Shown here: in pieces, positions 12,189 to 23,917 of the stretch
Layout: the number at the start of each line of letters is the position of its first letter
Numbering within the stretch: the first letter of the stretch is position 1
Assembly (NCBI GenBank): GCA_904063045.1
Contig: CAJFCJ010000020.1
Span: 1,604,916 to 1,668,915 of the forward strand
DNA: 64,000 nucleotides
Direction of reading: 5' to 3'
Source: Dimorphilus gyrociliatus
Lineage: Eukaryota; Animalia; Annelida
Made by a program: the position numbers and the translations under genes
The notes under the pieces: model-generated
Databases searched by the model: none
What the model saw: the letters and a program-made list of their open reading frames with translations, nothing else
Told to the model about the DNA's origin: nothing

Positions 12189-15100
12189 CTAAGTTTTAGC
12201 TTCTGCATTTTCTTCGACTTTGAGACGGCGATCATCCACTTTTGTATACAGATGAACAGCTTTAAAAAGAAAATGAGAGAGAGAATAAACTTTAATGAAA
12301 ACAACCTATAGGCTCGGTACGAATTTACCACTTACCTTCTGGGTGAATTATTCTCATATGAGTCAGCATGTTATCCCTCCGAGTATATGTTCCAGCGCAG
12401 AGAGGACATTGATGTCTGACTTTACCGTGGACAGTCGCTACATGACGTCTCATTTTAGCAGGCTCTGACAAAATCTGTTAGATGTTCATATACTATATTC
12501 CATATATAGAGAAATATTAATAATATTTTATATTGTTATTATATCAAATAAAGTTAATAAGTAATAAGAATCCACCATTCAATAGATTACCTATAAGCAT
12601 TTCTAGAAAATAAGTATAAAAGTATTACGGAATTTCCCAATCGAAATGGAATATAGGAAAATAAAAACAAGATCTCTTTCCTACTGCAAATTTTATATAT
12701 ATACATAATCTATGTTTATGTAGAAGAGTTTATACTAAAAAGACATGTTTATTTACTTTATGACAAATTGGGCATTCTCTCCTCCTATCCTTTACCCCGT
12801 CGCCTATCGGTCTACCGGAAAGCATCTCTTCTGTTATAACGTCTGGTTTTATTTTTATTTTTTTCTTATCCAAGTCTTCACTCATTTGAGAACCGTATAG
12901 AACTTCACTATTCGAATTTGTGGGGACAAGAGGCATTATTCCTTCAGGATTTGTTACCTATTTTAATGAAGAAAAACATATAATAACACAAATGCACTTT
13001 ATTATTATGTTTTTCATATAATTTTTAATCAATTAGATACTAGTGTATTAAGCCTACTCTACCCGTATAATTTTACTTAAAACAAAATATTCTAATAAAT
13101 CTTAACAACCGTTAGTCATAGCTAATAAAAGATCCTTGCTATCGTCCAATATAATAAATTTCTTCTACAACTCCCGTAATAATAACATATCATGCTTTTT
13201 TGTTATAAAAAACATTATATCCAATCCAAAGCAAGGAAAGTTAAATATGAAACGCAGGTAGTTTCGGGCTTTTGTTATATATAAATTGATATTTTAAACC
13301 TGATGGTATTAAAACTTATAGGTAAGAAAGAAAAGAAAATAATAGATATTATTCCAGTTTATGAATTTATACATGTATACATATATATTAGTATATATAT
13401 ATATATATATGCATATTACGCCGGTATTTATAATACATTTCTCTCATTCTATTTTTGCCTATTTTCCTTTTGCTTTTTTTCCCTCTCTTTCTTTTCTTTT
13501 CTTTATTACAATCCTTTTCGAAAAATAAGTAAAAAGTAAACAAAGGCAAAATAGATACATTATATATACAGTATATATAATATATAGTGTATTTGTATGT
13601 ATGTATGTATACATATATATATATATATATGTTGGTGAACATCTTGTATTTTTAGTACTTAAGAATTCGTACAAGATAAATCATTTGAGAAAAGACTAGT
13701 CTAATCAATTTAAAAAAATAATTCTCTCAACTTTGGTCGATAACAAGCCAAAAAGAAATAATATAAAAAAAAATATAAAAAAAACATAAAAGCAATATAC
13801 ACAGTATATATATATATATAACTTTATATATATACTATGTATTAGTATACATAAAGCTTTGGTGGTTACAAACCTGTTTATAAAAAGTATCTGTTCCATT
13901 CCTGAATTCCGAATTCGCGGTCTGTTTGTCAAAAGAGAAAGAAGAGAATTAGATAAAAAAAATAACATTAAAACATAAAAAATAAAAAAAAAACAACAGA
14001 TAAAAAATGTTTTTTTCTACTTAACAGAAAACCAATAGACAAAGAGAGACAGAGACAGAGAGAGAGAAGGGACAAAAAAGAAAAACAAGGAATACAAATA
14101 ATAATAATGCTTGTAATATAAATATTATTAAAAACAAATTGCTATAGTTTAAAAAATAGATATTTTCTTCATTCAGTTTTAATATAAAAGTCTTATAATA
14201 ATAAAAAATATACCAATACTTGAATAAATAAATATACTTTTAAATAATAAAAATTGGCTGGTTAATGGGATCAAGTGAGAATATATCAAAAGTGATTCCA
14301 ATTAATTAGGATTCATAAAGGCAACAGTGAATTATTCCTAATACAATATTTAATTAATTGCTTTAGGGGTGATGGTTTCTTTTTTATTATTATTATTTCG
14401 TTTTATTAATTGCGTGTATAAAATATAATAATACTCTCTCCCCTTTATTTTTCCTTTTAGTTGTTAAACTCTTACTATTATATAATACTAAAAGTAATAA
14501 TACAACTTTGAAGAGTATTTATAGGAGCGAAGTTGTAGGATATTTTTGAGTACATATTTAATTCTTATGATACTTTCTAATATTAGTAAGAAAGATGAAA
14601 CAAACCGATCCATAAGTATTTCCATCTCCATTCCTAGGCTCCACATCCGCAGCCTGTTCAAATACAGAAAAAAATAGTCAATTTTTAATCAAAAAGAATT
14701 GAAAAACCCGGCGCCATATCGAGTTGTAAAAATAACAGCTGTTGTGCCTGCGCCCTGCCACCTTTTTCAAAACATATGCTTCTATGCAAATTTTTCTTTA
14801 ACTAATCAATATATTTTTCTAAGCGAGATTCAACTTACATTTGTTTCCTTGTACAAAAACGGTAGCTCTCTATCGGGAAATACAGGAACGTTTAATAGAG
14901 TCTTTTCATTTTCTTTTTTTGTACATAAATTTAACGCTTCGGGTTCTTCCTTTGGTCTCTTTTGTATTAATTGAACGGGACTAGATTTCCTTTTCGCGCT
15001 ACCTCTTTTTTTTTCGGGTAGAACTTGGTCTAAGGCACGGAAAGATGAATTTACCACTCCTCCTGAATAGATATCCTCCTTTAAATTAATAAGAAAAACA

Positions 15101-15228
15101 TCCGTTTTGTCCAATGTGATTCCTAAAAGACCTTCAACACTAATGTGGGAACTTGGCAGATAATTTTGGCAAATCATTTTTACAGCCTCCTTTAAAAGGG
15201 TTTTGACTTGTTCCACTTCGGATTTCAT
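12189..15228 (-). CDS. C2H2 zinc-finger protein with two C-terminal fingers and a conserved-looking N-terminal domain
   Basis: Exons 15228-14839, [14653-14606], [13921-13874], 12957-12757, 12474-12336 and 12259-12189. Splicing assembles CPICHKILSEPAKMRRHVATVH and HQCPLCAGTYTRRDNMLTHMRIIH. The last exon is less certain, because read-through would stop at 12325. Confidence 0.85.
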
Positions 15229-15762
15229 CTGAAATAGATATAAATCTTTCAAAGTGTATACAATACGCATATTAGCCACGTAAATTTAGAACTGAAAAAT
15301 CTAGAGCAAGTCTGACACCATCTGCTGACGCCCTGTTACGAACCCTTCCACAAATGTTTATTCTAAATTTTCCAATATTATACAATGATTTAAGTAACTT
15401 TTATGATTATAACATACCTGAGTTAGTTAAGTACTACAGTCTACAATTTTCGAAACGAAAATCAACAGCGAAAAGCATTAATTTCGAGGTTTGTAGGCGA
15501 AAAGCTCGTGTGTTATGTGTTATATGGTACCGTCAGATGGCCAACTGGTTAAAGCTCCTTGTTCACAGGGATTAGTTAGAAATAGTCAGGAAGGGAGCCT
15601 GGCTACTCTGAAGGGAAATTTTGAAACGGTTGAAAAAAAATTATTTTTACCTGAGTTTTTACATAAAATTTCTTTTATTTTTAATAATTACGTAAAGCTA
15701 TTCTTTTCGCTGAAATTTCACACTCTCGGGTAACCTTCACCTTGCCCTTCACATCATAAACA

Positions 15763-15772
15763 AAGATGGCGG
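15763..15772 (+). promoter_or_regulatory. YY1-type motif AAGATGGCGG overlapping the NDUFB6 start codon
   Basis: Matches the YY1 consensus (A)AGATGGCGG, which commonly overlaps ATGs of housekeeping and OXPHOS genes. Motif match only. Confidence 0.5.
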
Positions 15773-16654
15773 ACGGTGGATCGAAACCGACGAATGAAGC
15801 TCTTTCTTGGCATGAATATGACCAGAAAGCAATCGAAAAGTATAATAAAACCTTAACAGAAAAGCTAACTCGTGAGAAGATATTAATTCGTCAATACTAC
15901 TGGCGTGGAAATCGAGTTGCTCCGTTTTCAATTGAACCAATGCCATATGAAAGACAACGTCTTTCGGAACTCATGTCAAGTGAGGATAGAGCACTCAGAA
16001 AGCAATGGGTATGTCTTACAAATCTTGATCGTAATATTTCCGACAAATTTATATTGAAATACATTCGTTGTAAATAAAGGTTCTTGATCAAAGACTAAGT
16101 CCTAATGAACCGGTCCATGTAGCTGAATTAAACCCTAGAAATCCGATCAGGAGAGCCTTGGCAACACCCTGGAACATGTTGTTTAAATCAATTAAACCTT
16201 TCTTGGTATGTAAATTAATTTTCTCCAATCTGTTTTTCAAAGTTCTGTTACGAAACTACAACTTATAATAATAATACTTATACTAATACTATTTTCTGTT
16301 TACATTTTTAAGGGTGACAAATGGGCAACAAAATTAAGAGGAGCTGTCCCAAAGGTAGCTTTAGGATGGGTGGTCGCCTGTGCTATGTATTACAATATAG
16401 CATATAATCCTAATCAATGGACTAATATTGATGGCTGGCACGTTTATGGAAATAAACCAACACAGATTTATGTAAGAGATTGCACAAATGTTTTAAAAGT
16501 TTCACTTTCTAAGTCTAATTCAAAACTTTTTGTTTAGGGTGAAGAGGGTTGGCTTCAAGGTTCTGAGAAAAAGGATAACGACTTTCATGATTGCGGCTTT
16601 CAAAAAAGAAAAGTGTTCTTGGGAGATTATGAAACTTCTTCGAAGCCCTATTAG
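15766..16654 (+). CDS. NDUFB6: NADH dehydrogenase (ubiquinone) 1 beta subcomplex subunit 6 (B17)
   Basis: Exons 15766-16008, 16080-16205, 16313-16471 and 16538-16654. Spliced protein: ...PFSIEPMPYERQRLSELMSSEDRALRKQW-VLDQRLSPNEPVHVAELNPRNPIRR...TM helix...DFHDCGFQKRKV. Confidence 0.9.
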
Positions 16655-17047
16655 TTGAATTTTTGCGTTAGAAGTATGAACTGAAACTCTAAGCTAAAAC
16701 AATTTGAAAAAATAAACTACAGATCCTTTATTATTAAAAACAAATTGCGTGAGTAGAAGTATTCAGTCACCAAATATTAACGACCTTAAAAATATCTTTA
16801 CCATAAGCATACCAAAATATAATATGATTAGATATATCAACTTTAAAAAAATTGCCTACTTATAATGATAATAGATAGTTAAAACTTGTACCTATAGGCA
16901 AAATCATTTAAATATTACACCATAATTATCCTACTCAATTCTAATGAGACACGAAGTTTGAAAATTTTTTTTACCGACGGACTAAAAGGTCTTGTCAGTG
17001 TACAAACAGTTTGACGGAAGGAAACTTTAATATTCCAATTTTTTATT

Positions 17048-17332
17048 ATGTTTAATATGATTCGCGTTTATGGATGTCTCTTCCTCATTTTGATTTTATT
17101 GGGTGATTCTCAAGAGAAGCCTAGTAGCGTATATGAATTTCTTCCTGAAATCCAAAGAGAGTTCAGAAAATCTGGATTAGTGGAAAGGAAAGGAAAGTCA
17201 TTTGAGAATTCGAAAAGTTGTGAAAATACTAAAATAAAAGCTGTTAAAAAAGCAAACGAAGATATGTGCTGTTTTGGAGACTTATTCTGTTTTTGCGGAG
17301 GAAAGTTTAACAATGGAAGGCACGTGAAATAA
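17048..17332 (+). CDS. Small secreted Cys-rich peptide precursor (neuropeptide- or toxin-like), 94 aa
   Basis: Hydrophobic N-terminus (VYGCLFLILILLG), dibasic sites RK, RK and KK, then ANEDMCCFGDLFCFC-GGK. AATAAA lies about 50 nt after the stop. No homologue recognised. Confidence 0.65.
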   Translation: MFNMIRVYGCLFLILILLGDSQEKPSSVYEFLPEIQREFRKSGLVERKGKSFENSKSCENTKIKAVKKANEDMCCFGDLFCFCGGKFNNGRHVK

Positions 17333-18100
17333 TTATTATTGTTCATTTGGCTGTTGTTATCTAGAGTAACCGAACTATGTCACAATAAATGTCACACTAG
17401 TCTTTATTTCCTTAATTGATTGATCCTGAATGACAATTTCTCAATCTTAGCTTTAATCTCGAAGTCTTTCTTAATTACTAGTTTTATCTCTTAACGCTCT
17501 AGTACTGGCTTTGAATAAAGTTTCCTATATTCATACTTTTCCTTATCATCCCATTTGTCTTTCAAACTTTTATCTTATTTTCCTTGATATGGAATTTCCC
17601 ACCTGAACTAAGAGTCACTGATCGAAAGGAAGTAATAATAATTGTTTCCAATACGTTTTAAATGATTTGTAGAACTTCTAAGTTAATCAAATCGGTTTTA
17701 TTGTCTATTTTAATTCTTAAGTAAAGATTTATAAATGATATGCTAAGAGCATTTGCCAGTGAAAGCGAATATTTAACGTGTTATGACAAACACACGTCAC
17801 AGAAAAATTAATGTAATCAGTTAACAGAAGAATAAAAGTCAGAAAATTCTACCACAATCCATGTCATATTGTAAAGGAGGTATGCTGCTAAAGTTTAAAG
17901 TTTTCCTAACTGAAAAGTTTACAAATTGCGGTAAAATTTCACTAAAGCTTATCTTAGAGTATAAATCAATAACGCTAGTATCTTCTCGCTCCTTTTTATT
18001 ATTCTTTTAAATGAACAATTGGGAGGAAATATGTACGACATTAGACACTAATATACAGATTATTCCCTATGAGTTGTTCTTTTATTCGATTTAAATTACT

Positions 18101-19132
18101 TTATTCAGATACAAAAACAACATTCTCAAATCTTTCAAAAGGATCGTCGTTAGAGAAAAATTCTAATGCATCTTTCCAACTTACAGTTTTCATTATGCTT
18201 GCCTCGACAGAACCGTCTTGATAGAGGCTAATTATTTCATCAAAAATGTGCAGTTGAGTTCCTTTATTAGCAGATAGAGATGATAAGGAAGAAGGTGGTA
18301 TGTATGAGATTGATGCTGCCTTCATATAAAGTAGGGAACTATCGGGTGGATCGAGTTGCAAATCGTGTTGTCTTGTAATCCATCGTCCATTTAATCCTAA
18401 GCAACGGATGATGTCAATCTTCTCTGGTAGTCTTTTGTCTTTGTTGCCGAAAACGTCCACACCATTATCGATAACTACATCAACTCCTATTTCACCGGTT
18501 TCTTCTATAATTTTACCCGAAACATCGGAAAGCTTTGAAGATTCGATGGACTGCAGCGCATATTTTATTGCCTTTTCAGTCTCCTCTGAATCACGTGTGG
18601 TTACGAATACTTGAAGGCCTAATTTCTTGGCAATAACTGAACAAGCAAGGTTGGGCTGCCGTATCCCATCAAATATAAGAATTGAGTTATCTCTCTTAAC
18701 ATTTCCTAACACATGAAGTGCAACATAAGCCCGTAAGCCCTCCGATAAAGTGGCTACAAATTTTCCAGGGTTAATTGTGTAGTCTAATTTTGCTACTTCG
18801 TATTCTGATGTGGCAATGACATTAGAGCATACAGAATAAGTTTCATTTAACATTGAAAGACTTCCAGCAACTCTATCGCCTACTTTAAATCTCTTGACGT
18901 CCAATCCTATTTGTGTAATCTTTCCCACAAATTCTCCTCCTAAAGGGATGCTATTCATGTTCCTCTTGTTATATAGAGTATGAAGAATGCTTGTTGGTGG
19001 AATACTGGGACAGGAGGCCTCTATTCTAACTCGTAAGTCATGTTCGCCTAAAATGGGGGCTGAGTCGTTCACTACAGTATAGGAAGGCTTTGCATTTGGT
19101 TCATCTGGTTTCTTTATCTTAATACTCTTCAT
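18101..19132 (-). CDS. CRYZL1: Quinone oxidoreductase-like protein 1 (zeta-crystallin-like), intronless
   Basis: EGLRAYVALH, IEETGEIGVDVVIDNGV, LPEKIDIIRCLGLNGRWIT and LQLDPPDSSLLYMKAASISY match CRYZL1 motifs. Confidence 0.9.
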   Translation of the reverse strand: MKSIKIKKPDEPNAKPSYTVVNDSAPILGEHDLRVRIEASCPSIPPTSILHTLYNKRNMNSIPLGGEFVGKITQIGLDVKRFKVGDRVAGSLSMLNETYSVCSNVIATSEYEVAKLDYTINPGKFVATLSEGLRAYVALHVLGNVKRDNSILIFDGIRQPNLACSVIAKKLGLQVFVTTRDSEETEKAIKYALQSIESSKLSDVSGKIIEETGEIGVDVVIDNGVDVFGNKDKRLPEKIDIIRCLGLNGRWITRQHDLQLDPPDSSLLYMKAASISYIPPSSLSSLSANKGTQLHIFDEIISLYQDGSVEASIMKTVSWKDALEFFSNDDPFERFENVVFVSE

Positions 19133-20287
19133 AGCTCATCTGAAAAATGCTTATTTATTACTGAAATTATAAGATTACGCGATAAGATTCTATTGAGTTT
19201 CTTTCTGATCGAACCTCGTGATAAACAAAAAAATTTACACAATATTGAGTATTTTATCAAATTTTCCTATAAGTTTAATACAAATTTCGTATCGTTATTC
19301 ACTTTAGATAAACTAAATAGCATTTTAAAAAAAATTTATCTTTCCATAAGTATAAACATAAGGAAAAACTGTTTGTTTATATAGAATAATTTGACCGATA
19401 TATTTTACAATTTGTCAAGAAATCTGAAAGCAATTATTAAAGGAATTGCTAGCAGACTGCAATTGAAAGAAACAGTCTACATTTTGATAGAATTCTATGA
19501 TGATTGTAATCGATAAGGTTATATTCAAAAGTATATATTCGTGACTATCTAATACTGATATTTTTTGTCTCAGGTCCAAGATAGAATGACTCTTGACTGT
19601 ACATGAACGTTGATAAATGTTAACTATTTAATATACTTACCAATACAAGTAGAAAAAAATGTATATAGTTTAATAAACCAAAAATTTCGTAATACACCGC
19701 CTCCCAGATTAGTTCCGACTATTTTTCAGACGGAGTTTGTATCCACACTCTAGAGTGGTTCTATCCAACTGTAGTGGTTTTAAAACTTGATATTTCTTCT
19801 AAACTCTACTATATAAACTGATATAGCCAGTAGCACTTTCAAAGTTTATTTTTAGCTAATTTTAAATAATCTTTTGCGTCAAGTTACTATTCTTCCAGTA
19901 ATCCTTCTGGTGTAATTATTTTGAGACAAATTTTAAGTTATTGACTTTTAAAAAATTTGTTGTGCATTATTAGCTTTTCATGTTAACTTGTTCTAGGCGT
20001 TTATCGCATCTATTACTCTATATTTTTGTCGTTCTTTCCCAATATATCATAATTTAGAAGGAAAAGTCTACTTTCAACTTACCGGAAAGCTCGCGTGAAA
20101 ACTGGTACTTTTATACCAGTTTCTCTGACAAGTAAAATATTTCTGTTATTGCGAATTAAGATATTTTCACTCTCTTACTACTAAATTGCCACACGTATGT
20201 ACTATTTAACTAAATCTCGAATAGTGATATGATATTTTCTATATGATATTTATGAATAATATCTTTTGTCGCTAGAAGTGAACGAGT

Positions 20288-21276
20288 ATGACTACAGCGG
20301 CGAGACCAACATTTGAGCCTGCTCGAGGTGGAACTGGAAAGGGCGAAAATGATCTCAGTTCATTATCCAAACAATATTCGAGCAGAGATTTACCGTCTCA
20401 CACTAAATTAAAATACAGGTTAGTTTAAGGAAGACCTTAATATTTTCGAGAAAAGCAGCTTTGATCACATATATTTGCTATGTAGACAAAGTGGACAAAG
20501 CTCCCAAAATGACCTCCGTGAACGTGAATTTAGAAGAGAATTGGAAGAAAAAGAAAGAAAAGAAAGAGAAAAAAAAGAAAAGGAGCGAGGCCCAAGAGGT
20601 AAACTTTATACAAAATTAGTATTTCTTTTTATAGTTTAAGTGGCTACTTAAATATTAATAAATAAATATTCGTTTTGTTACCTAAAATTATAGAAGCGAA
20701 AAGAGCTAGATTAAATGAGCTACCTGTTAATTTGGATGCTGATGAACCGCAGGAAAATAGTGTATGTATACGCGCTATTAAGTTGTAAATATTGTTATCT
20801 AATTGTATAATATATATAGGATGAAGATAGCGATGAAGAAGATGATGATGATGATGATACTGCTGCTCTCCTAGCCGAACTTCAAAAAATTAAAAAAGAA
20901 AGAGCCACTGAAGCACTTAAAAAAGTAAACAATCTCCAAAACACACTTATCTGATATCTAATTTTATCTTATTTCTAATGCACAGGAAGAGGAAAAAAAA
21001 GCCGAAGAAGAACGTATAAGAACCGATAACATCATTAAAGGAAATCCCTTGCTTAACACAAATATTGACTACAAGGTAAAAATATTTAAGCGGTAAAAAG
21101 TGATATACTTGAAAATTTTTATTTACAACGTTCTTCTGTAGGTTAAAAGAAGATGGGATGACGATGTTGTTTTCAAAAATTGCGCTAAAGGATCAGAAAA
21201 GGAAGAGAGAGGATTTATAAACGACACTTTAAGATCAGAATTTCACAAAAAATTTATGGACAAATACGTTAAATAG
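20288..21276 (+). CDS. CWC15: Spliceosome-associated protein CWC15 (absent from the ORF track because six short exons fragment it)
   Basis: Exons 20288-20418, 20486-20598, 20694-20761, 20820-20924, 20986-21075 and 21142-21276. Begins [15 protein letters not shown]...[18 protein letters not shown] and ends [17 protein letters not shown]...[20 protein letters not shown]. Confidence 0.97.
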
Positions 21277-21686
21277 GCTATTTTATTTTAACAGTGAAGA
21301 ACATATCTATCTATCTGTGTCTTTTATGTTAAAGATAGTAATATGTCATTTTTAAAGTTTACTATGTTTTCAAAAGCAAAAGGATTATCTAATAATTTGT
21401 TTTTTTCTGTCTTTATGGTAATATGAAAGAGCACAAAACGTCTTTAAGTTTTAATAGAGATGCCGACAATTTAGATTAAGAAACTAAGAACTATGTACGC
21501 GGTTAGAGTTTACTTATAGATTATATAAGAGAAAGGTTTCTTTCAGCTATTTATAAAAGTAATCAGATAAATTTTTAGAGGAATACCACTTGTTTAAGAA
21601 AAACAAGATTCTATAATTTATTTGGCATCTCAGTAATTACTATTCGATATGAAAGGATAAAGCTGCAACTGCAATGAATTATCAGT

Positions 21687-23917
21687 CTATTGCATCCATA
21701 CGCTAGGCACCCAGCAAGGCGTTGTATTTGCTTGGTTAATTATATTTAGAATTTCATCAGTACTGGCTTGAATATCCCGATTTAAAACAGTTCTATCAAA
21801 AAAGTGTCCATATGAATTTTCCATTAAGGATGAGTCTACCATGACCTCTTCTATTCCATCATCCTAAAATATTTAATTAGGTTAGTGTAAAGTTGGACGA
21901 AATGAAGACAAATTAACTTACATTTAACCTCTTGGCACCAGGACTTCGTAAAACTGATTTATGCATGCTTTTAAGACAGTCCGTACTATGCGGTTTTATA
22001 TATATAACAAAAGGTTTAACTTCCGCCGTTCTCAATAATTTCAAACCCTGAAAAATATTTAAAACGAGACTGTTTAGAGGAGAAACAGATGATCGCTTAA
22101 AAATCTGGATAATTTTACTTGCCTGTTGATTGACGGAGCATAATAGTGCATCTCCATTCTTGATTATCTGTCTTGCATCCTCGAGTTTACTGCAGATTGA
22201 GTATTGTTTCCTGTCCAGAAAGTCGATTAGCAGCTTTTCTTGTTGCAATCGATCAATATCTTCCTTAGGCAGCATCGAACAATTAGGTTGTAGATTAGTG
22301 GAATCTGAACCGATTGAAGTATAAAGATAAAAGAAGATATTGAAAATTACTTTTAAAGAATACAAACATCTGGTTGGAATTTTGTATTTACTATTATTCA
22401 ATTTGATTTGTAATCGGGATAGAATCTCATCCCTTCCTGATAAAGCATGACCAGCTAATAAGATGTTTCTGCTTTTTTCTGGTGTAAACTTATCAACTTC
22501 TTCGTAAAAAGTTGGTATGATTACGTCATCGGAAACTTCTTGATCCTTTTTAAATCTCCTTCTCTTTCCAATTTTTGGGCTAAATTTTGCTGTTTGGTAA
22601 ATAACGAATAAACAATTTGAAGCTGTTTCTTATTATTTGAAAATAGGACTTACTACTTAATTTTCTTTCGCACTCGGGAGTATTAACTAAAGTTTTAGCT
22701 GCTTCTTGTCTTTCAAGACGTTTAATACTAGGTATTAAACCGGCTCGTTTTGAAGAATCACTGTCTAGTCTAGCTTGCCACCAAGTTCCATCTTCCTGAC
22801 TTACAATATGCAATATATCGTTACGCTTGAAAGCTAAACCAGCCTCCTTACAAGGTATTGTGCTATCTTTTTTAGGATCAAACTCGAAACAAGCCTTCAC
22901 TCTCATCTGTTAAATTAACGAAAGTAATTATAGATAAAAATTGGATGTACTGTTTTAATTGATGTTTTACATGAGTTTCTCGTATTGCAATATCACTATC
23001 AGCAGGGATGAGTTTCAGGATGAGTGGCCCTGTTGGGTTTGTTAGTAAAGAGACAACTTCATTAGGATCCATACTCCTCGTACAAACATCATTCACTTCT
23101 CTTAATTCGTCACCAACGCTAATAACACCACTTCTGTCGGCTGCTCCCCCTTTCATTATTCTAGCCACGTGGATGCAGCCGGTTTTTTCATTTTTCTTAA
23201 TTGTAGCACCGAGTGGCTCTTTGGGAGCTTTCAATAGCTTTAGAATTTTGACGGAAACTTCATCTTCGTCGACTTTATGTGGTATTTCCGGTAAAACAGG
23301 CGAAAATGCCTTGGCCGCAATGCCATCATGCGCTTCTAATAGACCTTGAAAACTGAAACTGCACAGGAGGGTCATTAATTCTCTGGCCTCTGCAGTTGGG
23401 GGTATAGCATGCAGGTCCTCCACCACATTTGCAACCATTTTGGACGCGCTGGAATGCGTTGGCTTGTGCTCGGAGAATTGAGGAGCCGTAACCTGTTGGT
23501 GGATCTTCATTAACCCTTGGAAATCCTCGCCCTGAAGTAGATTGCTTAAGAAAAGTAGATCAATTTCATTCCCGGATGCTTTTAGATGTAACTCTTGAAG
23601 ACAGTTGAGTAGTTTTTGAACACCTAGGGGAAAAGGGTTCTTACATTTTTTATTCTCTTTTATATCCCTTTGGGTTTTATCTTTGTATTTGGAAATACAG
23701 TTACAGCCTTCGTAGTCCAATTGGGACACTCTTAGTCTTAAAATTATTCTAAACATGATGTTTTGATAATAACATAATAGGTTGAATGGATAAAAGAAGA
23801 CTTTCTCTTCTTTTTTGTATAAATTATTCATGATCTAAAGAATCTAAGAAAGAGAGAGATAAACTTACTAGCATCCGTGAAATTCTGAAGGGAAGCGGGC
23901 GATGACAGAACCGGCAT
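21687..23917 (-). CDS. MPP7: MAGUK p55 subfamily member (L27-L27-PDZ-SH3-GK), MPP7-like
   Basis: Exons 23917-23869 (MPVLSSPAS...), 23623-22971, 22906 to about 22654, about 22590-22349, about 22304-22123, 22047-21922 and 21863-21687. [31 protein letters not shown]; SH3 [10 protein letters not shown]...WWQA; C-terminus [10 protein letters not shown]...WVPSVWMQ. Confidence 0.9.

Noticed and set aside
13303-13968. Several ORF-track ORFs inside the zinc-finger intron
   Set aside because: They are translations of TA repeats and A/T runs. The only real signal is the 48-nt exon at 13921-13874, read in another frame.
19746-19757. 12-bp palindrome CACTCTAGAGTG, possible Helitron end
   Set aside because: No terminal CTRR at the expected spacing and no second copy in the window.
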